Shown: positions 8,793 to 21,112, numbered from the stretch's first letter. The stretch: DNA of 33,225 nt from a bacterium (GCA_027021085.1 JALUVB010000079.1:1-33225); one strand, 5' to 3'. Numbers and translations: made by a program. The notes: generated from the letters alone by a model not told the origin.

Positions 8793-9773
8793 ATGAAAGA
8801 ATTGGTTAAAGAGTTCTCCTGGTCCAAATCGCGGGACATTGTATTCAGGGAATGTGCCAGAAAATATTATTTCAACTATTACGGCAGCTGGGGCGGTTGG
8901 AAGTTTGATGCGCCCGAAAGGACCAGGCAAATTTATATGCTTAAACAGTTGAAAAACAGGTATATGTGGATTGGGGAGGTAGTGCACTCCTGTGTTGAAC
9001 GGGGCCTGGTGAATATTTACCGGGGAGCGGCGCTGCCTGATATAGAAGAAGTTATCCGGCTGGCGCGTAAAGTAATGAAAGAGGGTTTCCTTTCCTCCCG
9101 GAGAAAAAGATACCTGAGCAAGCCCAGGACCTGTGCACTTTTTGAACATGAATACAACATTGATATAGGCGAAGAAGAATGGGAGAGGTTGTTTGATTAT
9201 GCAGAGAAGTGTCTCAGGAATTTTTACGCATCCTCATGCTATCAGGAGCTCTCTTCTCTTCCCCAGGAGCACTGGCTTGAGATTGAACAATTTTCTCATT
9301 TCTGGCTGGATAAGGTAAAAATTTATGTTACGCTTGATTTTGCTTGCAGGAAAGGGAAAGAGGTATTTATTTATGACTGGAAGACAGGCAGGGGCGGAAA
9401 TACAGAATCGGATAATATACAACTTGCCTGTTATGCTCTTTATGCCATGGAAAAGTGGAAAGTTTCCACGGCTGATATTAGAACTATTGAGTATAACTTA
9501 GCCAGGGATGAAATGTGTGAATTTCCCGTGGACGGGGAAATAATTAAGGGAGTCAGGGAGTATATAAAGGAAAGCGTTAGCAGTATGAAAGCGATCCTGC
9601 GGGATGAAACCAGGAACCAGGCAGTAGAGACTGACTTTCCTAAGACCGGCAATAAAAATATATGTATGCAGTGCAACTTTAAGAAAGTATGCACTGCTGC
9701 TAATAATGAGGTGCAATCTCCCTCTGCAGCAAAACCTGGAAAGCCAAGGACACTATCCCTTTTCAAACTCTGA
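8793..9773 (+). CDS. Cas4/AddB-like PD-(D/E)XK nuclease with a 4-Cys Fe-S cluster signature
   Basis: 326 aa. Motif II D in VTLDFA, motif III D-x-K in IYDWKTG, and QxxxY in QLACYALY. One N-terminal Cys (FRECARKYY) plus C-terminal C-x2-C-x5-C (CMQCNFKKVC). No helicase domain and no cas genes or CRISPR nearby. Confidence 0.8.
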   Translation: MKELVKEFSWSKSRDIVFRECARKYYFNYYGSWGGWKFDAPERTRQIYMLKQLKNRYMWIGEVVHSCVERGLVNIYRGAALPDIEEVIRLARKVMKEGFLSSRRKRYLSKPRTCALFEHEYNIDIGEEEWERLFDYAEKCLRNFYASSCYQELSSLPQEHWLEIEQFSHFWLDKVKIYVTLDFACRKGKEVFIYDWKTGRGGNTESDNIQLACYALYAMEKWKVSTADIRTIEYNLARDEMCEFPVDGEIIKGVREYIKESVSSMKAILRDETRNQAVETDFPKTGNKNICMQCNFKKVCTAANNEVQSPSAAKPGKPRTLSLFKL

Positions 9774-9804
9774 ATAATAGAATCTCTCGGGAAAACTACT
9801 CCCC

Positions 9805-9889
9805 GCTACTTACTACTTAATTCACTGTTCACTATTTACTGCTTACTGTTTCCCCGGTCTACAGTCTATAGTCTGTGGTCTATAGTCTA
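9805..9889 (-). repeat. Copy B (reverse orientation) of the composite heptamer element: (TAGACNN)x5, 6-nt gap, (YAGTRAR)x4, (AAGTAGN)x2
   Basis: On the minus strand, TAGACTA TAGACCA CAGACTA TAGACTG TAGACCG occupies 9889 to 9855. CAGTAAG CAGTAAA TAGTGAA CAGTGAA occupies 9848 to 9821, which is 26/28 identical to 15634-15661. AAGTAGT AAGTAGC occupies 9818 to 9805. Confidence 0.9.
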
Positions 9890-9989
9890 AAATCCCCCTC
9901 ACTACTATCTACTCACTACTGATCGGTGGGTTGCACATGGCGTTAAAGTGAATACTCCAGGATAACCGGGGAGAGACCGGAGGGATTTT

Positions 9990-10988
9990 TCAGTCCCGTG
10001 CTTTATTCTTGAGCTCTTTTATAAGCTCGGGAAGGCGGGAAAGAGCTGCCTTTATTCTCTTTTCTTCCCGATGCTCACGGGCCGGGAACCCGGAAACCGT
10101 GAGTCTTGGGGGTATATCTTTGGTAACCACGGAACGAGCTAATACCTTTGCTCCATTGCCGATTTTTACATGGTCGCAGATTGCTGCCTGCCCGGCCAGG
10201 ATTACTCCGTCGCCTATCTTTGTGCTGCCTCCTATTCCTACCTGGGCTACGATGAGGCAGCTTTTGCCGATGCTTACGTTGTGGCCGATTTGCACCAGGT
10301 TGTCAATTTTGGTGCCTTCGCCGATTGCAGTATTGCCAATGGTTCCCCTGTCTATGGTAACATTGGCACCGATTTCCACCTCGTCTTCAATGGTTACGCC
10401 ACCAATGTGGGGAATTTTCTGTATCTCGTTTTTTTCCTGGTGATAGCCGAATCCGTCACTACCAATCACACTGCCGCTGTGGATTATCACCCTTTTCCCT
10501 ATTTTTACCTCTTCCTTTACTGTTACCCGCGGATAGAGATAGCTTTCTTCTCCTATTCGCACGTTCCTTCCAATATAGCAATAGGTAGAAATAATAGTGT
10601 TTTTCCCTATCCTGGCTCCCTCTTCAATAACTGCGTAGGGCCCTACGTGCACCCCCTCTTCCAGTGTAGCCCCGGGAGAAATTATGGCAGTGGGGTGAAT
10701 ACCCTCTTCTTTTCTCTCCCCCTTCCAGGAGCTTAACAAGGTGGTTAGGGCGGAGTAGGGATTATCCGTTACTATAACAGGCTTTCCATTTGGAGGGATG
10801 GAAGGAGTTATTATTACCGCGGAAGCCTGCGTTGTTTTGTAATAGGGAAGAAAGCGAGGGTTAAAACAGAAGGTTATATCTCCCTTCTTTGCTTCTTCAA
10901 TAGGGGCGATACCTGTAATTGCTACTGTTTCATCCCCTATTATTTCCCCTCCTATCAATCTCCTTATATCTTTTAAAAGCATTTTCAT
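9990..10988 (-). CDS. lpxD: UDP-3-O-acylglucosamine N-acyltransferase
   Basis: 332 aa. LpxD-type N-domain (ITGIAPIEEAKKGDITFCFNPRFLPYYKTTQASAVII), then a long run of hexapeptide (left-handed beta-helix) repeats and a C-terminal helix. Confidence 0.92.
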   Translation of the reverse strand: MKMLLKDIRRLIGGEIIGDETVAITGIAPIEEAKKGDITFCFNPRFLPYYKTTQASAVIITPSIPPNGKPVIVTDNPYSALTTLLSSWKGERKEEGIHPTAIISPGATLEEGVHVGPYAVIEEGARIGKNTIISTYCYIGRNVRIGEESYLYPRVTVKEEVKIGKRVIIHSGSVIGSDGFGYHQEKNEIQKIPHIGGVTIEDEVEIGANVTIDRGTIGNTAIGEGTKIDNLVQIGHNVSIGKSCLIVAQVGIGGSTKIGDGVILAGQAAICDHVKIGNGAKVLARSVVTKDIPPRLTVSGFPAREHREEKRIKAALSRLPELIKELKNKARD

Positions 10989-11035
10989 ACCTTTTAGTAT
11001 ATAGTCAAATACCGTGCCAAAGTTGATTTACTCCC

Positions 11036-11055
11036 GGGATACAGGCCTGTATCCC
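11036..11055. promoter_or_regulatory. Perfect 20-bp palindrome GGGATACAGGCCTGTATCCC (operator or RNA hairpin candidate)
   Basis: The two 10-nt arms are exactly complementary. It lies between the end of the sigma54 response-regulator gene and the lpxD start. No U-tract follows on either strand. Confidence 0.5.
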
Positions 11056-11124
11056 CTATGTATAAAGCGTCCCGGGGTTTTTTGAGGTTTTAGTGGTCTC
11101 TTGAGTTCCCCGCGGATAATGTGG

Positions 11125-12501
11125 TTATTTTTCTACATTTGTGGTATTTCTCCTGCGGAAATCCTCCGGGTAAAGCCGGTATTTCTTCAGCTTGAGATAA
11201 AGATTCTTCCTGTCTATCCCTGCTTCCAGGGCGGTTTTACTTACGTTCCCTCCGAATTTTTTCAGAAGGGAGGAGAAATAATTTTTCTCAAATTCTTCCA
11301 GTATCCTGTTCTTGCCCTCCTGATAAGAAGAAAAAGAAGGGGTATAATCAGCAAGCGGAATATGGAAGTACTCCTTTTTGAGCGTTTCTCCTTCGCACAA
11401 CACCATTGCTCTCTCTACTAAATTCTCCAGTTCCCGCACGTTTCCGGGCCAGTTATACTGCAGCAAAAGCTGGAGGGCATCCTGCTCTATGTCTTTTATC
11501 TTTTTATTCAGTTTTTGGGAGTAAACTTTTATAAAGTGATTTATCAGAAGCGGAATATCTTCTTTCCTTTCTCTGAGAGGGGGAAGGTGTATGGGGAAAA
11601 CATTCAGGCGAAAATACAGGTCTTCGCGGAATGTCCCTTCCTGCACGGATTCTTTTAAATCCTGGTTGGTGGCCGCTACTACTCGTACATCCACTTTTAT
11701 TACGCGGTTGCTTCCCAGGGGTTCTATTTCTTTTGTCTCCAGAAACCGCAGGAGCTTGGATTGCAGGGAAAGGGAGAGTGAACCTATTTCATCCAGAAAA
11801 AGGGTCCCGTGTTCTGCCAGCTCTATCTTGCCTTTTTTATCCTGCACGGCTCCGGTAAATGTTCCTTTCTTGTGCCCGAATAACTCGCTTTCCAGGAGAT
11901 TCTCCGGTATGGCTGCACAGTTAACCACTATATAGGGGCCGTTTCTGCGCGGGCTGAGCTTGTGTACTGCCCGGGCAACAAGCTCTTTCCCCGTGCCAGT
12001 TTCTCCCCAGATAAGAATGGTGGTGTCCTGCGGAGAAACCTTTTTTACCAGCTGCATGGCTCTTTTCAGCGAATTGCTTTCCCCTACAATCTCACCCTGC
12101 AGGATTTTTTCTTTCAGGCTTATATTTTCCTCTTCCAGGTTTTTCATGTGCAGGGCCTTTTTAACCACCTCTTTCAGCTCTTCCAGGTTCAGCGGTTTAG
12201 TCAAGTAGTGGAATGCTCCGCTTTTCATGGCTTCCACAGCACTCTCCACTGTTCCGAATGCCGTGATGACAATTACCTGGGTGTAAGGATAGATGTCTTT
12301 AATTTTTTTCAGCAGTTCCATTCCATCCATACCGGGCATTTTCAGGTCTGTGATTACTATGTCGTACATGGTATCTTGCATCATTTGCAGTGCTTCCCGG
12401 GAAGAGGTGGCTTTATCCACCTGGTGGCCTTCGTTCTTCAGGTTTATCTCTAAAAGCCGGGTCATCTTGACTTCGTCATCTACGGTAAGTATTCTGCTCA
12501 T
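11125..12501 (-). CDS. Sigma54-dependent response regulator (receiver, AAA+ enhancer-binding domain, Fis-type HTH; NtrC/AtoC family)
   Basis: 458 aa. Receiver ILTVDDE ... IVITDLKMPGMDG. Walker A GETGTGKELVARAVH, GAFTGA-type loop (KKGTFTGA), ESELFGH, WPGNVRELEN. C-terminal HTH GNVSKTALEAGIDRKNLYLKLKKY. Confidence 0.93.
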   Translation of the reverse strand: MSRILTVDDEVKMTRLLEINLKNEGHQVDKATSSREALQMMQDTMYDIVITDLKMPGMDGMELLKKIKDIYPYTQVIVITAFGTVESAVEAMKSGAFHYLTKPLNLEELKEVVKKALHMKNLEEENISLKEKILQGEIVGESNSLKRAMQLVKKVSPQDTTILIWGETGTGKELVARAVHKLSPRRNGPYIVVNCAAIPENLLESELFGHKKGTFTGAVQDKKGKIELAEHGTLFLDEIGSLSLSLQSKLLRFLETKEIEPLGSNRVIKVDVRVVAATNQDLKESVQEGTFREDLYFRLNVFPIHLPPLRERKEDIPLLINHFIKVYSQKLNKKIKDIEQDALQLLLQYNWPGNVRELENLVERAMVLCEGETLKKEYFHIPLADYTPSFSSYQEGKNRILEEFEKNYFSSLLKKFGGNVSKTALEAGIDRKNLYLKLKKYRLYPEDFRRRNTTNVEK

Positions 12502-14168
12502 TCTTTCTCCCTGGGAAATATAAGACGGAAGAGTGTGCCTTCCCCTGCTTTACTTTTCACTTTTATTTCTCCCCGGTGAAATTTCACTATCTTGGCTACT
12601 ATGGATAATCCCAGCCCTGTTCCTTCCGGCCGCGTGGTAAAGAAAGGCTCGAAAATCTTGTCTGTTATTTCCGGGGGGATTCCTGTGCCAGTATCCTTGA
12701 TGCTAATTTCCATTTTCCCGTTTTTACTTTTTAACCCCACGAATAATTCTCCCCCTTCTGGCATGGATTCAAGCGAATTCAGGATGAGGTTGAGAAAAAG
12801 GTGGTGAAACTGTTCCGGGTCGCAGGAGAAGTAACAGGTATTGTAGGGAAAATCTTTAACCAGCTTGATTTTTCTCTTTTTGAATTCTCCTCCCAATACC
12901 GTCAGGATTCTTTCCATGAGCTCTTTCATCTCCATTCTTTTCTTCCGGGGGCGGGGAATACGGGCTAACTGCAGGAAATCTTTCACTACTCTTTCCAGGC
13001 GCTCTGATTCCTCTATTATAAACTCCAGGAGTTCTTTTTCTTCCTCTCTGTCCGTTTTCCGTTCCTTCAGGGTTTGAGCGGAGTTTTTTATCACTCCCAG
13101 CGGGTTTCTTATTTCATGGGCAATACCTGCGGCAATCTCTCCCACGGTGATAAGCCTCTCGCTTTTTCTCAATTCTTCCTGTATGGCACGCGTTTCCTTG
13201 AGCTCCTGTGCCATGTCGTTGAAAGCCTGCGCCAGACGTCCTATTTCGTCCTTGGTCCTCACCGGTATGTATTGGTCCAGGTCCCCTTCCGCAATTGCAC
13301 GCGCCCCCTGGGTAAATTCTTTTATGGGCTTCATCACTGCTCTGGCCAGGATGTAACCTAACACGGCCGCGATAAAGAACCAGGAAAGCAGGAAGTAGGG
13401 AAAGAAGCGGATAATTACTGACTGAAAAGTGTACCTCTTGGGAAACCCGAGCACCAGCACTCCCAGTAATTTTCCCTTTTCCCCCAGCAGGGGCTCCAGA
13501 TGGAGAGCATAGGGGTTATTCCCTATTTTCCCCCTGGCTTCGTAATATGCCTTGTGGTCCTTCAACAGGATGACTTTTGCTTTGGGCGAGAGTGTTATTT
13601 CTTCAAATAGGGCTTTCTGCAGGTCGTCTTCTTCCTTGCCCTTCTGGTATATGCGCACTTCCAGCCCCAGGGAGCGGGAAAGAAACTGGGTAAAGCGGTT
13701 TCCCAGGAAGTATCCCAGGATGACTCTTCCCTGGTTTCCTCCACCCAGGATAACCGGGACCACTGCTCCGGCTATCAAGCTCCTGAATTCTTCCGTTTCC
13801 AGGAGAAATATGTGTTTACCTGGTTTCCCTATCTCCCCTTCCCTGACCAGGATAACATCTATGGGGAATTCTCCCTTAAAAAATTTCAGAAAGTTCTCCA
13901 TGCCTCGTGCATCCTTGGCTAAAAAATACTCTCTGAACTTACCTTCCTGTACCAGGATTTTCCCGATTATCTCGGCTTTTTTTTCTAATTCTTCTATTCT
14001 TCCCGTGCTGACTTCGGCGGCTTGCGATAACCTTCCCTTCATTTCCCTTTCCAGTCGTATATTCACCAGGTGTGTGGAAATCAAGAAAGAAAAAAGAAGC
14101 GGAGAAAGAGCCACTACTATGAAAGAAATGATAATTCTGTTTTCTAATCTTCCGCGAGAAATTCCCAT
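12498..14168 (-). CDS. Sensor histidine kinase (2 TM, periplasmic domain, HAMP, HisKA, HATPase_c), partner of the adjacent sigma54 regulator
   Basis: H-box AAGIAHEIRNPLG, N-box LNLILNSLESM, G-boxes IKDTGTGIP and GTGLGLSIV. I place the start at ATG 14168 (MGISRGRLENRIIISF, immediately before TM1). The ORF track's extension to 14489 has no kinase features and runs antisense into cca. Confidence 0.88.
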   Translation of the reverse strand: MGISRGRLENRIIISFIVVALSPLLFSFLISTHLVNIRLEREMKGRLSQAAEVSTGRIEELEKKAEIIGKILVQEGKFREYFLAKDARGMENFLKFFKGEFPIDVILVREGEIGKPGKHIFLLETEEFRSLIAGAVVPVILGGGNQGRVILGYFLGNRFTQFLSRSLGLEVRIYQKGKEEDDLQKALFEEITLSPKAKVILLKDHKAYYEARGKIGNNPYALHLEPLLGEKGKLLGVLVLGFPKRYTFQSVIIRFFPYFLLSWFFIAAVLGYILARAVMKPIKEFTQGARAIAEGDLDQYIPVRTKDEIGRLAQAFNDMAQELKETRAIQEELRKSERLITVGEIAAGIAHEIRNPLGVIKNSAQTLKERKTDREEEKELLEFIIEESERLERVVKDFLQLARIPRPRKKRMEMKELMERILTVLGGEFKKRKIKLVKDFPYNTCYFSCDPEQFHHLFLNLILNSLESMPEGGELFVGLKSKNGKMEISIKDTGTGIPPEITDKIFEPFFTTRPEGTGLGLSIVAKIVKFHRGEIKVKSKAGEGTLFRLIFPREKE

Positions 14169-14190
14169 TACTGTGGAAATTATACCACAG

Positions 14191-14219
14191 TTGGATAGAT
14201 AAAAGAAATCGGTTATACT
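14191..14219 (+). promoter_or_regulatory. Candidate sigma70 promoter for cca (TTGGAT, 17 nt, TATACT)
   Basis: TTGGAT at 14191-14196 and TATACT at 14214-14219 have a 17-nt spacer, about 20 nt upstream of the cca ATG. It is immediately preceded by the inverted repeat CTGTGG-N8-CCACAG (14171-14190) in the divergent kinase/cca gap. Confidence 0.35.
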
Positions 14220-14240
14220 TACCCAGTCGGTGAGGCAAAA

Positions 14241-15596
14241 ATGCAAATAGAAGGGGTCGTTTTGAAAAAAATATGCGAGATATTCAGTAAGAATGCTGCC
14301 CCCATTTATCTGGTCGGGGGCTCGGTAAGAGATATGCTCATGGGGAAGGAGAGTGATGACCTGGATTTTGCTACCCCCCTTTCTCCGGAGCAGATGAAAA
14401 AGATTTTTAGAGAGGAAGGAATACGCGTTTACCCGGTGGGCATAGAATTTGGCACTATAGGGGTTATTGTAGAGGGAAAGGAAGTTCATATAACCACTTT
14501 CCGGCGCAAGGAAAAGTACTCTCCCAAAAGCAGGAAGCCACAGGTGGAATTAGGCGGGAGCATAGAAGAAGACCTCTCCCGCCGGGACTTCACGGTGAAT
14601 GCCATGGCTTTAACGCCCCAGGGAGAGCTTATTGACCCGTTCAACGGGCGGGAAGACCTGAAAAAGAAGATACTGAGACCGCCCATAGACCCGGATGCTT
14701 CTTTCTCGGATGACCCCTTGCGTATGCTCAGGGCTTTCCGGTTCCAGTCTCGCCTGGGATTCGAAATAGAGGAGAACACCCTCTCTTCTATAGGGAGAAA
14801 TTCCTTCCGGATGCTGTTTCTTTCTCCTGAGAGAATCCAGGTGGAAATGGATAAAATACTAACGGGAGAGTTTGTGAGGAAGGCTCTGGAGGGTATAGTG
14901 GAAAGCAGGCTGGCGAGTTTTTTCCTGCACGAACTTGTTCCGCTAAAAGGTTTACATCAGTCAACCGAATTTCACCATAAAGATGTCTGGAAGCATACCC
15001 TAAGGGTGGTAGAGAATGTTGTCCCGGAACCCCGTCTGCGCTGGGCAGCACTTTTGCACGATATAGCTAAACCCTATACCCGGAGCATAGAAAACAAGGA
15101 GATTCATTTTTACCGCCACGAAGAACTGGGAGCGAAGATTGCCTACTATGTATTAACCCGTCTCCGATACCCCAAGGAATTCATAAAAAAGGTCTGCTTC
15201 TTGATAGCACACCACATGCGGCCTGCTTTCTATGCTTCCAACTGGACGGATTCCGCGGTAAGAAGATTCATGCGGGATATGGGAGAGAACCTGGCTGATG
15301 TTATTACTCTGGCCAGGGCAGATATTACTTCTTACCGCCCGGAACGGGTGAAAAAGAGAATAGAATTGCTGGAGGAACTGGAAAAGAGAATAGAAGAATT
15401 TCAATCCTTTAAAGAAGTTACCTATCCGGTGGATGGGAAAGAGATAATGGAAAGGTTTAATATTGCCCCTGGGCCCCTGGTGGGAAAGATTAAAGAATGC
15501 ATCAGGGAAGGGGTAGAAAAAGGAGAACTGCCCGTGGAGTCTCCCGATAAAGAAGTCTACTTCCGGTACGCAGAAAATAAGCTGAGGCTGATTTAG
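14241..15596 (+). CDS. cca: CCA-adding tRNA nucleotidyltransferase / poly(A) polymerase family with HD domain
   Basis: 451 aa. Nucleotidyltransferase motif YLVGGSVRDMLMG..DDLDFAT, RRDFTVNAMAL, and HD motif HHKDVWKHTL ... LLHDIAKP. Both tRNA genes in the window lack an encoded CCA. Confidence 0.9.
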   Translation: MQIEGVVLKKICEIFSKNAAPIYLVGGSVRDMLMGKESDDLDFATPLSPEQMKKIFREEGIRVYPVGIEFGTIGVIVEGKEVHITTFRRKEKYSPKSRKPQVELGGSIEEDLSRRDFTVNAMALTPQGELIDPFNGREDLKKKILRPPIDPDASFSDDPLRMLRAFRFQSRLGFEIEENTLSSIGRNSFRMLFLSPERIQVEMDKILTGEFVRKALEGIVESRLASFFLHELVPLKGLHQSTEFHHKDVWKHTLRVVENVVPEPRLRWAALLHDIAKPYTRSIENKEIHFYRHEELGAKIAYYVLTRLRYPKEFIKKVCFLIAHHMRPAFYASNWTDSAVRRFMRDMGENLADVITLARADITSYRPERVKKRIELLEELEKRIEEFQSFKEVTYPVDGKEIMERFNIAPGPLVGKIKECIREGVEKGELPVESPDKEVYFRYAENKLRLI

Positions 15597-15661
15597 ACTA
15601 TAGACCTTAGACTATAGACGTTAGACTGGGAGATAGTGAGCAGTAAATAGTGAACAGTGAA
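15594..15661 (+). repeat. Copy C of the composite heptamer element: (TAGACNN)x5, 5-nt gap, (YAGTRAR)x4
   Basis: TAGAC starts at 15594, 15601, 15608, 15615 and 15622. The first TAG is the cca stop codon. TAGTGAG CAGTAAA TAGTGAA CAGTGAA lies at 15634-15661. It is 38/40 identical to 157-196 and matches the reverse complement of 9821-9889. Confidence 0.92.
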
Positions 15662-15672
15662 TGGAGGTTTGG

Positions 15673-15696
15673 CATCCTGGTTCCCTGGTTTTGTGG
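15673..15696 (+). repeat. Short octamer array NNNCCTGG-like x3
   Basis: CATCCTGG TTCCCTGG TTTTGTGG, three consecutive 8-nt units. Confidence 0.6.
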
Positions 15697-15921
15697 AGGA
15701 ACAGGCAGAAGCTTGCGCAGGAATGACGGAGAGTGGGTAGAGGGGGAAGGTTACCGGTAGTAAGCAAAGATAATGTGGAATCCTGCTTCCGCAAGAATAG
15801 CAGATGCAAGGATAATGAGTTAGGAGTGGTTAGTTTGTAGTTACCCGGTTAGGTTGATTTTAGGGGTGGTTGAATTATTGGGGTAGATTTATTTCTTCTT
15901 TTTTAATAAAATTATAGCGGC

Positions 15922-18244
<2,323 letters not shown>

Positions 18245-18258
18245 GGTTTCCCTGGTTT

Positions 18259-18267
18259 TGGTATAAT
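18259..18267 (+). promoter_or_regulatory. Candidate extended -10 promoter (TGgTATAAT) upstream of the tRNA pair
   Basis: TG at 18259-18260 and TATAAT at 18262-18267, about 100 nt upstream of tRNA-Lys. Confidence 0.4.
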
Positions 18268-18364
18268 TAGAGAATTGTGTATTTGGAAATAAGGGGAGTT
18301 AGGGAGAATAGAATATACCTCCATTACTCCGGCTCCGTGCAGTATGTGGTAAGTGGTTATTTGA

Positions 18365-18437
18365 GGGGCATTAACTCAGTTGGTAGAGTAACGGCCTTTT
18401 AAGCCGTGAGTCGGAGGTTCGATTCCTCCATGCCCCA
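18365..18437 (+). tRNA. tRNA-Lys (anticodon UUU)
   Basis: 73 nt, folded by hand. Acceptor GGGGCAT/ATGCCCC, D-stem ACTC/GAGT, anticodon stem ACGGC/GCCGT with loop CTTTTAA, T-arm GGAGG-TTCGATT-CCTCC, discriminator A. The 3' CCA is not encoded. Confidence 0.93.
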
Positions 18438-18524
18438 CAATATAAAAATACCGAGGGCCGAATCCCGGGGAAAGGATTTGGAACTTGCGGGATTGAAGTT
18501 TTATTCACTTAGGTGAGTAATGTT

Positions 18525-18599
18525 GTCCCCATCATCTAGCCCGGCCTAGGATACCAGACTTTCGATCTGGGTACGGGGGTTCGAATCCCCCTGGGGACA
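18525..18599 (+). tRNA. tRNA-Glu (anticodon UUC)
   Basis: 75 nt. Acceptor GTCCCCA/TGGGGAC, anticodon stem CCAGA/TCTGG with loop CTTTCGA, T-arm GGGGG-TTCGAAT-CCCCC, discriminator A. The 3' CCA is not encoded. Confidence 0.93.
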
Positions 18600-18783
18600 C
18601 TGCGGTTAAGTACCGGTTAATGTAGTTTTGGGGAGAGGTAGAGGCAATGCGTAAAAATACTCCTATCTTTTCCCTTTAAGCGAGGGGAAAGCGGAGAACG
18701 TAATTAGAGGGTGCGATTAACATAAGAGTTGGGTCCATTCCCTCCTCCAACCTGTGGTGGGAGGCTGAGGCGAGAGAGCTATT

Positions 18784-21112
<2,329 letters not shown>

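Noticed and set aside
10009-10736. Plus-strand ORFs 10009-10443 and 10170-10736
   Set aside because: They are antisense to lpxD. Hexapeptide-repeat genes commonly leave long open shadow frames. No motifs are present.
13552-14202. 216-aa plus-strand ORF
   Set aside because: It is antisense to the histidine kinase and its translation is Ser/Pro/Arg-rich and featureless.
14169-14489. N-terminal 107-aa extension of the minus-strand histidine kinase ORF
   Set aside because: The extension has no kinase or sensor features and precedes the first TM helix. It overlaps the cca coding region and its likely promoter. The internal ATG 14168 gives a standard architecture.
15669-15686. TGGCATC-CTGG-TTCC as a sigma54 promoter upstream of the IDH gene
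   Set aside because: The -12 position reads CC, not GC. The match lies inside an octamer repeat (NNNCCTGG x3), which explains the resemblance.
15621-15809. 62-aa minus-strand ORF in the cca-IDH spacer
   Set aside because: It overlaps the heptamer and octamer arrays and has no SD or motif. It is probably non-coding.
18245-18783. tRNA-adjacent integration site or genomic island
   Set aside because: There is no integrase, no direct repeat of a tRNA 3' end and no compositional break that I can see. kdsB-pyrG follow as normal housekeeping genes.
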